64,000 nt of DNA from Candidatus Omnitrophota bacterium (GTDB lineage: Bacteria; Omnitrophota; Gorgyraeia; Gygaellales; Profunditerraquicolaceae): positions 270,501 to 334,500 of the forward strand of contig QZKH01000002.1 of the NCBI GenBank assembly GCA_003598025.1. The letters are read 5' to 3'. The translations under genes were made by a program, and so were the position numbers. Shown one piece after another: positions 30,500 through 41,402 of this stretch. Numbering within the stretch: position 1 is the first letter of the stretch; each line of letters opens with the position of its first letter. The notes below the pieces were generated by a model that made no database searches, had not been told where the DNA came from, and saw only the letters and a list, made by a program, of their open reading frames with translations.

Positions 30500-31491
30500 A
30501 TGAAGCTTTCCGACTTTGATTATACCCTGCCTAAAGATTTAATCGCGCAGCACCCCCTTAGAGAGCGCTCTGGTGCCAATTTGCTGGTTTTAAACCGCAA
30601 GGAAGAAACCATCGAGCACCGTAAGTTCAGCGATATAGCAGAGTATATCACTGAAGATGATTTTTTATTCCTGAATGACACAAAAGTCCTTCCTTGCCGT
30701 ATCATCGGGCATAAAAAGACAGGCGGCAGGGTAGAGCTGCTGCTGTTAAAGCAAAAGGAAGGTCCGGTATTTGAGTGCCTCGTTAAACCAGCCAGGCTTA
30801 AATGCGGGCAGGAGGTTATTTTTGATTCAGGCAAAATTTCAGCCAGGATCAGCGCCAATAACGAAGTATCATTCAGTACTGCGGATATCCCGTCAATATA
30901 TTCGCTGGGTGTTATGCCGCTTCCGCCTTATATAAAACGCCAGGTTTCCGACTCTGACTCAGAATACTACCAGACCATTTACGCAAGGGTCCCTGGTTCA
31001 GTAGCTTCACCTACGGCCGGGTTGCATTTTACCAGCGGGCTATTAGATAAGCTAAAAGACAATGGCGTGAAAATCGGGTACCTGACTTTGCATGTAGGTT
31101 TAGCTACCTTTAAACCGGTAAAGAGCCAGGATGTCGTAACGCATAAGATGCATGAGGAATATTTTTTTATCCCTGAAGGAACAATTAGGATGATTGATGA
31201 TGCGCAGCGGAGCAGGAAGAATATAATCGCAGTGGGGACGACTACCTTAAGGTCTATTGAGTCTTACGGCCAGACATTACAAAGTTCAGGCAAAACCAGC
31301 CTTTTTATTTACCCGGGGTATAAATTTCGTTACGTTAACTCCATGATAACTAATTTCCATCTTCCGAAAACCACATTATTCATATTGGTCAGTGCTTTTG
31401 CCGGAGAAAAGCTTATAAAAAAGGCTTACCAGGAGGCTATAGACAGGAAGTACAGGTTTTACAGTTATGGAGATGCGATGTTGATTATATA

Positions 31492-31492
<1 letters not shown>
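30500..31492 (+). CDS. queA: S-adenosylmethionine:tRNA ribosyltransferase-isomerase
   Basis: 'MKLSDFDYTLPKDLIAQHP', 'GTTTLRSIES'. Confidence 0.92.
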
Positions 31493-33422
<1,930 letters not shown>

Positions 33423-33424
33423 AA

Positions 33425-33781
33425 ATGGATAAACTTAAACTTATCGAATCAGGGTTTACAAAAAAAGAAATGCCGAAATTCAATGTAGGCGATACCGTCA
33501 AGGTTTTTGTCAAGATCCCGGAAGCGGATGATAAGATCCGCCTGCACCCCTTTGAGGGGATTGTCATAGCCAAAAAAGGCTCGGGCTCAAGGCAGAACTT
33601 TACCGTTAGGAAAGTATCTTACGGCGAAGGTATCGAGAGGGTATTCCCTTTATTCTCTCCCTCCATAGAGCGTATAGAGATAATACGCTCAGGGAAGGTT
33701 AAGAGGGCCAAGCTTTATTACCTTAGAGGCAAAGTCGGTAAAAGAGCTACTAAGATAGAAGAAGCCGAATCAATATCTTAA
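33425..33781 (+). CDS. rplS: 50S ribosomal protein L19
   Basis: 'FNVGDTVKV...[24 protein letters not shown]'. Confidence 0.92.
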   Translation: MDKLKLIESGFTKKEMPKFNVGDTVKVFVKIPEADDKIRLHPFEGIVIAKKGSGSRQNFTVRKVSYGEGIERVFPLFSPSIERIEIIRSGKVKRAKLYYLRGKVGKRATKIEEAESIS

Positions 33782-33791
33782 TCAGCATTAA

Positions 33792-34400
33792 ATGCTGTAT
33801 TACGAAAGAAAATTAAAAAAGAGCGGCTACGACCTTATTATCGGAGTTGATGAAGCCGGGCGCGGCCCGCTGGCAGGTCCGGTTGTCGCTGGTGCCGTTT
33901 GTATCCAGGATAAGCGCTTTAAGAGCCGTATCGATGATTCTAAGAAATTATCCTCTCAGCAGAGGCTCAGCGCGTATTTGGAAATTGCAGATAAATGTTT
34001 TTTCGGGATAGGGATAGTAAGCGAAGAAGTGATAGACCGCATAAACATCCTTAAGGCAACGCAGGCTGCTATGGAGAGCGCCATAGGCGGACTTTTGACA
34101 AAGATAAAAGACCTGAATAAACGCAGGCCTTATATTATAGTTGACGGAAACGTAAAACTTTCGGCAGCTTATCCATGTTTGCCGATAATAGACGGAGATT
34201 CCAAGTCTAAGAGCATAGCCTGTGCTTCGATTATGGCCAAAGTAACAAGGGACAGGATAATGTGCGTCTACGACAGGATATATCCTGAATACGGGTTTGT
34301 TATTCATAAAGGTTATCCGACCGAGAAACACAGGAGGGCTATTAAAAGATTCGGGCCTTCCGGCATACACAGAAAAACTTTTTGCTATGCAAAAGCATAA
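33792..34400 (+). CDS. rnhB: Ribonuclease HII
   Basis: 'IGVDEAGRGPLAGPVV'. Confidence 0.92.
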   Translation: MLYYERKLKKSGYDLIIGVDEAGRGPLAGPVVAGAVCIQDKRFKSRIDDSKKLSSQQRLSAYLEIADKCFFGIGIVSEEVIDRINILKATQAAMESAIGGLLTKIKDLNKRRPYIIVDGNVKLSAAYPCLPIIDGDSKSKSIACASIMAKVTRDRIMCVYDRIYPEYGFVIHKGYPTEKHRRAIKRFGPSGIHRKTFCYAKA

Positions 34401-34773
34401 TAATGTTAATAGCGGGCTCATCGGTGAAAACATCGCTTTAGGTTTCCTTAAGGATAACGGTTATAATATCATAACAAGAAATTACAGGAAAAACTCAGGC
34501 GAGATTGATATTATAGCAAAAGATAACGGTTATCTTTGTTTTATAGAAGTAAAATCCAGGCGTTCGTGCGATTTTGGCCGGCCGGCTGAATTCGTTTCCG
34601 TGCAAAAACAATCCAGGATATCCAGGACTGCAGCACAGTACCTTAGAGAAAACAAGATATTCAACGAGAACGCAAGGTTTGATGTGGTCTGTATTACAGG
34701 TGATACAAAAGCCCTGCCAAAGATAGAACTCATAAAGAATGCATTTGAAATCAACAGGAGGATAGGCTATTGA
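34387..34773 (+). CDS. yraN: YraN/UPF0102 family endonuclease-like protein
   Basis: 'GENIALGFLKDNGYNII...GEIDIIAKD...FIEVKSR'; start taken at the internal ATG just before the rnhB stop. Confidence 0.75.
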   Translation: MQKHNNVNSGLIGENIALGFLKDNGYNIITRNYRKNSGEIDIIAKDNGYLCFIEVKSRRSCDFGRPAEFVSVQKQSRISRTAAQYLRENKIFNENARFDVVCITGDTKALPKIELIKNAFEINRRIGY

Positions 34774-35333
34774 AATACAAAGAACAGTCTTTAGCTGTTT
34801 ATCTGAATGATCTTTCAGCCAGGCTTGCTGCTCCGGGTGGGGGTTCGGCCGCCGCTTTAAGCGCTTCCCTTGGCGCTGCCCTGGTTAGCATGGTAATTAA
34901 TTTTACTATCGGCAAGAAAAAATACGCCGGTTACGAAAAAGAATTAGCAGTATTGCTTGATAAATCTGAGAAACTGAAATTCCAGCTGCTTGATATGGTG
35001 GACCTGGATGTGGCTGCTTATGCCAGCAAGAACCTTAGAGACGCGCTGGATGTCCCTTTTATGGTATGCAGGTTGAGTTTTGAAGCCGCAAAGTTATGCC
35101 CGCCGCTGGTAAAGAAAGGCAATATTAATTTAATCAGCGATGTGGGCGTTGCCATAGCTTTACTTGAGGCAGCATTTTTTTCGGCATTGTTGAATGTGGA
35201 GATAAACCTTAAATCTTTGGCAGATGCTAAGCTGGCCTCCAGTATCAGGAAAGAGCTGGACAAGAAGGCCAAAGATATAAAGAAAATAAGAGCTAAAACG
35301 GAGGCGCAAGTTGTCAAAGCTATTAGAGGGTAA
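34770..35333 (+). CDS. Formiminotransferase-cyclodeaminase C-domain protein (FchA-like methenyl-THF cyclohydrolase)
   Basis: 'LAAPGGGSAAALSASLGAALVSMV' cyclodeaminase signature; adjacent to folD. Confidence 0.7.
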   Translation: MKYKEQSLAVYLNDLSARLAAPGGGSAAALSASLGAALVSMVINFTIGKKKYAGYEKELAVLLDKSEKLKFQLLDMVDLDVAAYASKNLRDALDVPFMVCRLSFEAAKLCPPLVKKGNINLISDVGVAIALLEAAFFSALLNVEINLKSLADAKLASSIRKELDKKAKDIKKIRAKTEAQVVKAIRG

Positions 35334-36165
35334 GCCCATTGCAGCCAAGATACAGCAGGAGATAAAAGCAAAGATAGCCGGCTTTATGTCCGTACCTGTG
35401 TTAGTCAGCATTATGCTGGGGGAGAATGCCGGTGCAGAGGCGTATGTAAGATCCCAGAAGAAGGTGGCAGATGAGCTCGGCATAGATTACCGCCTGCATA
35501 AGCTGCCGCAGCATACAACAGAACGAGAACTTATAAATTTTATAGAAGATTACAATATGCATCCTGAGGTAAACGGGATTATTATACAGATGCCGCTGCC
35601 GGAGCATATAGATTACAAGAAAATAAGCCAATTTATAAAACCCGAAAAAGATGTCGAAGGCCTGCACCCGGCTAATATAGGTAAGATAATGTTCGGCAAA
35701 GCAGTGGTTGTGCCTTGCACTGCCGCGGCAGTGATGGAGCTCTTATATGAGAGCGGGATAGATTTATACGGCAAGGAAGTTGTAGTGGTAGGACATAGCG
35801 AGATAGTCGGCAAGCCGCTTTCCCTGCTTCTGCTGGAGAAATTTTCCACTGTAACCGTTTGCCATATAGGCACAAGTAAAGCAGGCAGGCTGGCAGAGCA
35901 TACCAGCAAGGCCGAAGTCTTGATTGTGGCAGTCGGTAAGCCTAATCTGATCAAAGGCCAGGATATAAAAGAGCATGCTGTCGTAATAGATGTCGGCATC
36001 AACCGGGTAGAGGGCAAGATAGTGGGAGATGTAGAGTTTGAAGAGGCAGCAAAAAAAGCCTCATTCATCACGCCGGTACCGGGCGGAGTAGGGCCGCTGA
36101 CCGTGACTATGTTGATGCGTAATCTAGTAAATGCAAAAATTTCGCAGGACAATGCGGTTCTTTGA
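35311..36165 (+). CDS. folD: Bifunctional 5,10-methylene-THF dehydrogenase / methenyl-THF cyclohydrolase
   Basis: 'YVRSQKKV', 'GIIIQMPLP', 'VVVVGHSEIVGKP', 'PVPGGVGPLTV'. Confidence 0.9.
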   Translation: MSKLLEGKPIAAKIQQEIKAKIAGFMSVPVLVSIMLGENAGAEAYVRSQKKVADELGIDYRLHKLPQHTTERELINFIEDYNMHPEVNGIIIQMPLPEHIDYKKISQFIKPEKDVEGLHPANIGKIMFGKAVVVPCTAAAVMELLYESGIDLYGKEVVVVGHSEIVGKPLSLLLLEKFSTVTVCHIGTSKAGRLAEHTSKAEVLIVAVGKPNLIKGQDIKEHAVVIDVGINRVEGKIVGDVEFEEAAKKASFITPVPGGVGPLTVTMLMRNLVNAKISQDNAVL

Positions 36166-36174
36166 TTATAATAC

Positions 36175-36501
36175 ATGCGCACAATAATACTGCTGACGAT
36201 TTCAAATATTTTTATGACGTTTGCCTGGTATGGCCACCTCAGGTATAAAGATTCTCCGTTATGGATCGCAATATTCGTAAGCTGGATGATAGCATTTGTT
36301 GAATATTGTTTCCAGGTCCCCGCAAACCGTATAGGCCATTATCAGTTCTCAGCCGCGCAGCTTAAGACTATACAGGAAGTTATCACCCTTTCGGTCTTTT
36401 CAATTTTTTCGGTGCTATATTTAAAAGAAGGAATGAAATGGAATTACCTGGCAGGGTTTTTATTGATAATAATAGCGGTAATCATTATTTTTAAAAAATA
36501 A
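36175..36501 (+). CDS. Small four-TM DMT-superfamily-like membrane protein (DUF486-type)
   Basis: 108 aa, four hydrophobic segments; wedged between folD and metF. Confidence 0.45.
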   Translation: MRTIILLTISNIFMTFAWYGHLRYKDSPLWIAIFVSWMIAFVEYCFQVPANRIGHYQFSAAQLKTIQEVITLSVFSIFSVLYLKEGMKWNYLAGFLLIIIAVIIIFKK

Positions 36502-36502
36502 T

Positions 36503-37372
36503 ATGACTCTGAGCGAGAAGATAAAATCCGGGAAATCATTATTGACCACCGAGATCGGCCCTCCAAAAGGCATAGAGACTAAGACTATTCTTGAGGACGC
36601 AGAGCTTGTACGTGCAAGAGTAGACGGGATCAATGTTACCGACCTTCAGAGTTCAGTCATGCGCCTTGGTTCGCTTGCGGTATGCAGCCTTTTAAAACAG
36701 AAGGGTTTTGAGCCGATATTCCAGGTTACCTGCAGGGATAGAAACAGGCTTGCCTTGCAATCAGATATACTTTCTGCCGCTGCTTTAGGCATTGAAAATA
36801 TTTTGGTGCTTACCGGCGATCATCCTAAATCCGGGGATCATCCCGATGCCAAGCCGGTATTCGACCTTGATTCTGTGCAATTGCTGCAAGTAATAAAAGG
36901 CTTAGAGTCAGGTCAGGATATGAACGGCAACAAGCTGGAAGGCGTTCTCCCTAAGTTTTGCCTTGGGGCAGTAGTCAACCCCGGAGCTGATCCGATAGAG
37001 CCTCAGATCATAAAGATGGAAAAGAAGATAGAAGCCGGAGCAGTGTTCTTCCAGACTCAGGCGGTTTATGATGTGAGAAAGTTTGAAGTTTTTATAGAGA
37101 AGACAAGACACCTTAATACCACAATACTTGCGGGGGTAGTCCTGCTTAAGTCGGCCGGCATGGCAAAATTTATGAATAAGAACGTTGCCGGCGTATCTGT
37201 CCCTGATTCCCTTATTGCTGAGATGCAGCAGGCACAGGATAAAGTCAAGGCTTCGGTAAAAATTGCAGCCGGATTAATCAAAGAGCTTAGGCCTATGTGC
37301 CAGGGTATCCATATTATGCCGATAGGCTGGGATAAAGTTGTGCCTATGGTATTGGATGAGGCAGGTCTTTAG
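36503..37372 (+). CDS. metF: 5,10-methylenetetrahydrofolate reductase (acetogen/short type)
   Basis: MTHFR TIM-barrel signatures 'FQVTCRDRN', 'ENILVLTGD'; 289 aa. Confidence 0.85.
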   Translation: MTLSEKIKSGKSLLTTEIGPPKGIETKTILEDAELVRARVDGINVTDLQSSVMRLGSLAVCSLLKQKGFEPIFQVTCRDRNRLALQSDILSAAALGIENILVLTGDHPKSGDHPDAKPVFDLDSVQLLQVIKGLESGQDMNGNKLEGVLPKFCLGAVVNPGADPIEPQIIKMEKKIEAGAVFFQTQAVYDVRKFEVFIEKTRHLNTTILAGVVLLKSAGMAKFMNKNVAGVSVPDSLIAEMQQAQDKVKASVKIAAGLIKELRPMCQGIHIMPIGWDKVVPMVLDEAGL

Positions 37373-37375
37373 TTT

Positions 37376-38269
37376 ATGAAAAAAATAATCATAGTCGGCT
37401 GTTCGGTTTCAGGCCACACCGCAGCCGTAAACTTAAAAAATAAATCTGATAAATTTGAAGTAAGTATTATAACAGAAGAAAACTATCCTTTTTACGACCG
37501 CCGGAAGCTTACGGAACTGATCTCAGGTAATATTAACGAAGAGAAAGAATTGTTTGTCTGCGAAGAAGAGTTCTATCGCAAAAGCAATATAAATTTTCTT
37601 AAAGACAGCGCCGTTGTCTCAGCCAATATTTCTAAAAAACAGCTCAGCCTTAAAGATAAGCAGGCAAGCCTAAACTTTGATTATCTGGTAGTCGCATCGG
37701 GACAAAAACCTGTTGTTCCTGAAATACCCGGCTCCAGAAAAACAGGGGTCTTTTCTTTCTACAGCCTGCAGGATGCAAAGGATATAACCGCTTATTTTAT
37801 TGATGAACAGATTTGCCTGGTAGGCCTTAATGATGTTTCTCTGCATTTATCCGAGGCTTTAGCTGCTAAATATCAGACAGGAGTAAAGATAATTTCTGAA
37901 GTGGCGCCAAGTCAGGCGCAGGCTTTACCCGTGGGGGTCGAGGTGATCCAGAGTAAGCCGCAGGAGATAATCGGCGAAGGCCAGGTCCAGGCCGTTAAGC
38001 TTTATTCGGGAAAGATTATAGCAGCTTCTGCAGTTATTTTTACTGATAGCAGGCAGGCAAATGTAGGTTTCTTGAAAAATTGCGGCATCGAGACAATCGA
38101 TTCCCGTTTAGCTGTTGATGATTTAATGAGGACCAGTAATAAGGATATTTTTGCATGCGGCTCTGTTGCATCGCGCAGGGATGCTTTTCAGGCAGAAAAA
38201 ACATGGGAAGATTGCCTTAACGATGGTATAAACTTGGCGGAAAACCTAATAAAAATCACAGGAGATTAA
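37376..38269 (+). CDS. Pyridine-nucleotide-disulfide-oxidoreductase-like (Nox/CoADR-fold) protein with degenerate dinucleotide-binding motifs and no dimerisation domain
   Basis: 'KIIIVGCSVSGHTAAVNL' (GxxxxG instead of GxGxxG), second Rossmann 'ICLVGLNDVSLHLSEAL' without glycines, 'DIFACGSVAS' near the end; 297 aa. Confidence 0.45.
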   Translation: MKKIIIVGCSVSGHTAAVNLKNKSDKFEVSIITEENYPFYDRRKLTELISGNINEEKELFVCEEEFYRKSNINFLKDSAVVSANISKKQLSLKDKQASLNFDYLVVASGQKPVVPEIPGSRKTGVFSFYSLQDAKDITAYFIDEQICLVGLNDVSLHLSEALAAKYQTGVKIISEVAPSQAQALPVGVEVIQSKPQEIIGEGQVQAVKLYSGKIIAASAVIFTDSRQANVGFLKNCGIETIDSRLAVDDLMRTSNKDIFACGSVASRRDAFQAEKTWEDCLNDGINLAENLIKITGD

Positions 38270-38271
38270 TC

Positions 38272-40458
38272 ATGTCAGAAGTCTTAATCAATTTAGGAAG
38301 CAAAGGGAATGAGGCGGTCATAAATTTAACCCGGGAAACATTAAATAGCGTAATAGCCAAGAAATCCGGGGCACAGAAGATCGCATTTCCTGAGACTAAT
38401 TTTTACCTCCCGTTTATAAACGCGATCCTTAAAAGAGAAGTCAAGACGCTTGGTGATTGTTTACAGGCGCTGGATGATGCCTTGCGTTTGAGTAAAAACG
38501 AACCCAGCGCAAACGGAGTAAATATAGAAGCATTGGGCGGGATATTTAACAAGGGTTTATCTACGCTTATCTGCGAAGAGATACTGGCTGCCCTGAGTTA
38601 TTTTGACGCTAAGCATCCCAGCGGCTCGGGAACAGGCTTTTTATCTGACACCCTGCTGCGTTCTTTAGGGTTACAGTTAGTAGACGGCAGGATAGCCGGT
38701 ATCGCCGTTATATTGGGTCCGGCAAAAGACGAAGATTCAGCCGTTGAGCTGATCAGGAATTTCCAGAGCAGGAGCATAGTGAGCCTGCTGGCAGGGACCG
38801 CTAACGGTAAAACTTTTAAAGAGCAGCTTGAAAAGAGGAAGATCGAGATCGGGCTTGATAACTATATAGTCCCGTTAGGCCAGGATTATTTATCCGCGAT
38901 TTATTCTGTTAATTGGGCAATCAGGGCTCCCTTGATGTACGGTGGTTATAAGCCCGGGCAATGGCAGGAGATATTGAATTACACCAGGACAAAAGTCCCG
39001 GCTTTCGTCGTCCTGTTAAGCCATGTAGATGAAGTGCTGGTCGCAACCGGGCTTGGCGCGCTGGCTTTGGGTTTTCCTATTATTACGGATCTTGATGTGC
39101 CGCAGCTGGGCAAGATCGATACTACTTTGTATGAGGCGCTGGTAACCGAGAAGGATTATAAAAAGCTTGCCGGTAAATGCATAGAGACAAGAGGATTGAA
39201 AGTCAAGGTAACTAATATTGATATTCCTGTTCCTTACGCTGCTGCTTTTGAGGGTGAGAGGGTAAGGAGAGAAAACTTATACGTTGAATTCGGCGGTAAA
39301 GGCAATACCGCTTTTGAGTTCCTTGCGTGCAGGGATTCTAAAAATGTAGAAGACGGGAAGGTGGAATTGATCGGCCCGGAAATAGACGAAAAAGAAGAAA
39401 ACTCCAAGAGTATGCCGCTGGCGCTCATCCTAGAAGTCTCCGGGCGCAAAATGCAAAAAGATTTTGAACCTATATTAGAGAGACAGATCCATCGTTTTAT
39501 TAACTACGCTATGGGTGTAATGCATATAGGCCAGAGGGATATGAATTGGATCAGGATATCCAAGGATGCCTTTGATAAAGGTTTCAGGCTTAAACATATC
39601 GGGGTCATCCTTCATGCCATGATGCATCAGGAGTACAGCAGTATTATTGATAAGGTCCAGGTAAAGATGTATACGCGTAAAGAGGATGTTGAAAGATTGT
39701 TTGGACATGAAGCCAGGGCAGCTTTTAATGAAAGGGATGAACGCATAAGCGGTATGACCGATGAAAGCGTGGATACTTTTTATTCCTGCCTGTTGTGCCA
39801 GTCATTTGCGCCGAACCACGTTTGCATAATCACGCCCGAGCGCCTGGGGTTATGCGGCGCCTATTCCTGGCTGGACGGCAAAGCTTCTTATGAAATAACG
39901 CCTACGGGTCCGAATCAACCGGTGGCAAAAGGCGCGGTTATCGACACCAAGTTAGGTAAATGGTCCGGGATAAACGATTTTGTGCACCTTAAGTCAAATA
40001 AGACAATTGAGAGTGTTAGCATGTATTCTTTGATGGACTCCCCTCAATCTTCATGCGGTTGTTTTGAATGCATACTTGCGATAATCCCCGAGGCAAACGG
40101 GGTTATGGTTGTGCACCGTGATTTTTCAGGCATGACCCCATGCGGTATGAGTTTCACTACTCTGGCCGGTTCTGTAGGGGGAGGGGCGCAGACTCCGGGG
40201 TTCTTGGGGGTAGGGAAGCTTTATTTGGCGAGCAAAAAATTCATAAGCGCTGAAGGCGGATTAAAAAGGCTGGTGTGGATGCCCAAGGAACTTAAAGAAA
40301 TGTTGTCTGATAAGTTGAAGAAGCGCGCCCAGGAATTAGGCGTGCCCGGCCTGCTGGATAAAATAGCTGATGAGACCGTGGCGACTAATTCACAGGAACT
40401 GCTTGATTTCCTTTCTAAGGTAAAGCACCCTGCTCTTGAGATGGAGCCGTTGATGTAA
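38272..40458 (+). CDS. acsB: CO-methylating acetyl-CoA synthase (ACS, AcsB / CdhC-type alpha subunit)
   Basis: 728 aa, collinear with Moorella AcsB as recalled; A-cluster ligands 'CLLCQSFAPNHVCIITPERLGLCGA' and the Ni site 'SCGCFEC'; C-terminus '...HPALEMEPLM'. Confidence 0.85.
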   Translation: MSEVLINLGSKGNEAVINLTRETLNSVIAKKSGAQKIAFPETNFYLPFINAILKREVKTLGDCLQALDDALRLSKNEPSANGVNIEALGGIFNKGLSTLICEEILAALSYFDAKHPSGSGTGFLSDTLLRSLGLQLVDGRIAGIAVILGPAKDEDSAVELIRNFQSRSIVSLLAGTANGKTFKEQLEKRKIEIGLDNYIVPLGQDYLSAIYSVNWAIRAPLMYGGYKPGQWQEILNYTRTKVPAFVVLLSHVDEVLVATGLGALALGFPIITDLDVPQLGKIDTTLYEALVTEKDYKKLAGKCIETRGLKVKVTNIDIPVPYAAAFEGERVRRENLYVEFGGKGNTAFEFLACRDSKNVEDGKVELIGPEIDEKEENSKSMPLALILEVSGRKMQKDFEPILERQIHRFINYAMGVMHIGQRDMNWIRISKDAFDKGFRLKHIGVILHAMMHQEYSSIIDKVQVKMYTRKEDVERLFGHEARAAFNERDERISGMTDESVDTFYSCLLCQSFAPNHVCIITPERLGLCGAYSWLDGKASYEITPTGPNQPVAKGAVIDTKLGKWSGINDFVHLKSNKTIESVSMYSLMDSPQSSCGCFECILAIIPEANGVMVVHRDFSGMTPCGMSFTTLAGSVGGGAQTPGFLGVGKLYLASKKFISAEGGLKRLVWMPKELKEMLSDKLKKRAQELGVPGLLDKIADETVATNSQELLDFLSKVKHPALEMEPLM

Positions 40459-40467
40459 TTTTTTTCT

Positions 40468-40496
40468 TGACGTTTTAAATTTTATAAGATATTATT
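40468..40496 (+). promoter_or_regulatory. Sigma70-like promoter TTGACG-17-TATTAT upstream of the TPR gene (approximate)
   Basis: 'tcTTGACGttttaaattttataagaTATTATtaat'. Confidence 0.45.
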
Positions 40497-40508
40497 AATA
40501 CATAATTT

Positions 40509-41348
40509 ATGCCTAACCATTCCCACCATAATTATAATAAGGTGAAAATAGCAATAGGGTTTACGTTTTTTTTAACGTTTAGTTTTTTTTCTGCCCACAC
40601 TGCATTCTCTGAGGAAGCGGTTAGCAATTATCTTCCTTACGATAACCTGTTTAAAGGTTCGCAGCAGATTGAGACAAAAAGCAGCAGCGTGCCAGTTTCT
40701 TATGCCGCAGGAGAGGTCCAGGGCCTTGGCGCGTTAAGGGAGCAGGCCAGGTTATATAGGTCTCAGGGGATAGAGCTCCAGCGGGTTGGTAATTATGACC
40801 AGGCTCTGGGGTTGTATAAGAAGGCAATTGAACTCGATCCTTTATATGCCGTTCCATACAATGATATGGCTATAATATTCGAAATACAGGGCCTGAAAGA
40901 TAAGGCAGAAGAATATTATCTTAAAGCCATTAAAGCGGACCAGTATTTCCTGAGCGCTTATTCTAATTTGGCTTTATTCTACGAAGGCAAGAGAGATCTC
41001 AATAAAGCAGTTTACTATTGGGGCAAAAGGGCAGAACTTGGCGATGTAAATGACCCCTGGACCCAGAGGGCAATCCAGCGCAGAAGCGACATACTAGCTT
41101 TGAATTCCGGCGTAACTTATGACCCGGAACAGGAAGAACGGATTGCTGACTTGATGAATGAGATCGAAGCCCGCAAGGATAATAAGAGTCTTTCCAAGTA
41201 TTACTTTGAAAAAGCCAAGAAAATGCACGAAGGCGGAGACGATGTGGGGGCGTTGAAGAAAGGCATAGATGCTATGCAACTGGATGAATCTAACGCCGAG
41301 ATCCGCGACTTCGTTGATAATATCCGTAGAACTTTGTTATCGGAATAG
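40509..41348 (+). CDS. Secreted TPR-repeat protein
   Basis: Hydrophobic N-terminus; repeated 'A-x-x-Y-Y-x-K-A-I-E-L-D-P' TPR consensus. Confidence 0.6.
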   Translation: MPNHSHHNYNKVKIAIGFTFFLTFSFFSAHTAFSEEAVSNYLPYDNLFKGSQQIETKSSSVPVSYAAGEVQGLGALREQARLYRSQGIELQRVGNYDQALGLYKKAIELDPLYAVPYNDMAIIFEIQGLKDKAEEYYLKAIKADQYFLSAYSNLALFYEGKRDLNKAVYYWGKRAELGDVNDPWTQRAIQRRSDILALNSGVTYDPEQEERIADLMNEIEARKDNKSLSKYYFEKAKKMHEGGDDVGALKKGIDAMQLDESNAEIRDFVDNIRRTLLSE

Positions 41349-41402
41349 TTAACCACAAAAATTCTTTCCTACCGAGAAAATTGAATTCCTTGAATAAAAT
41401 TA

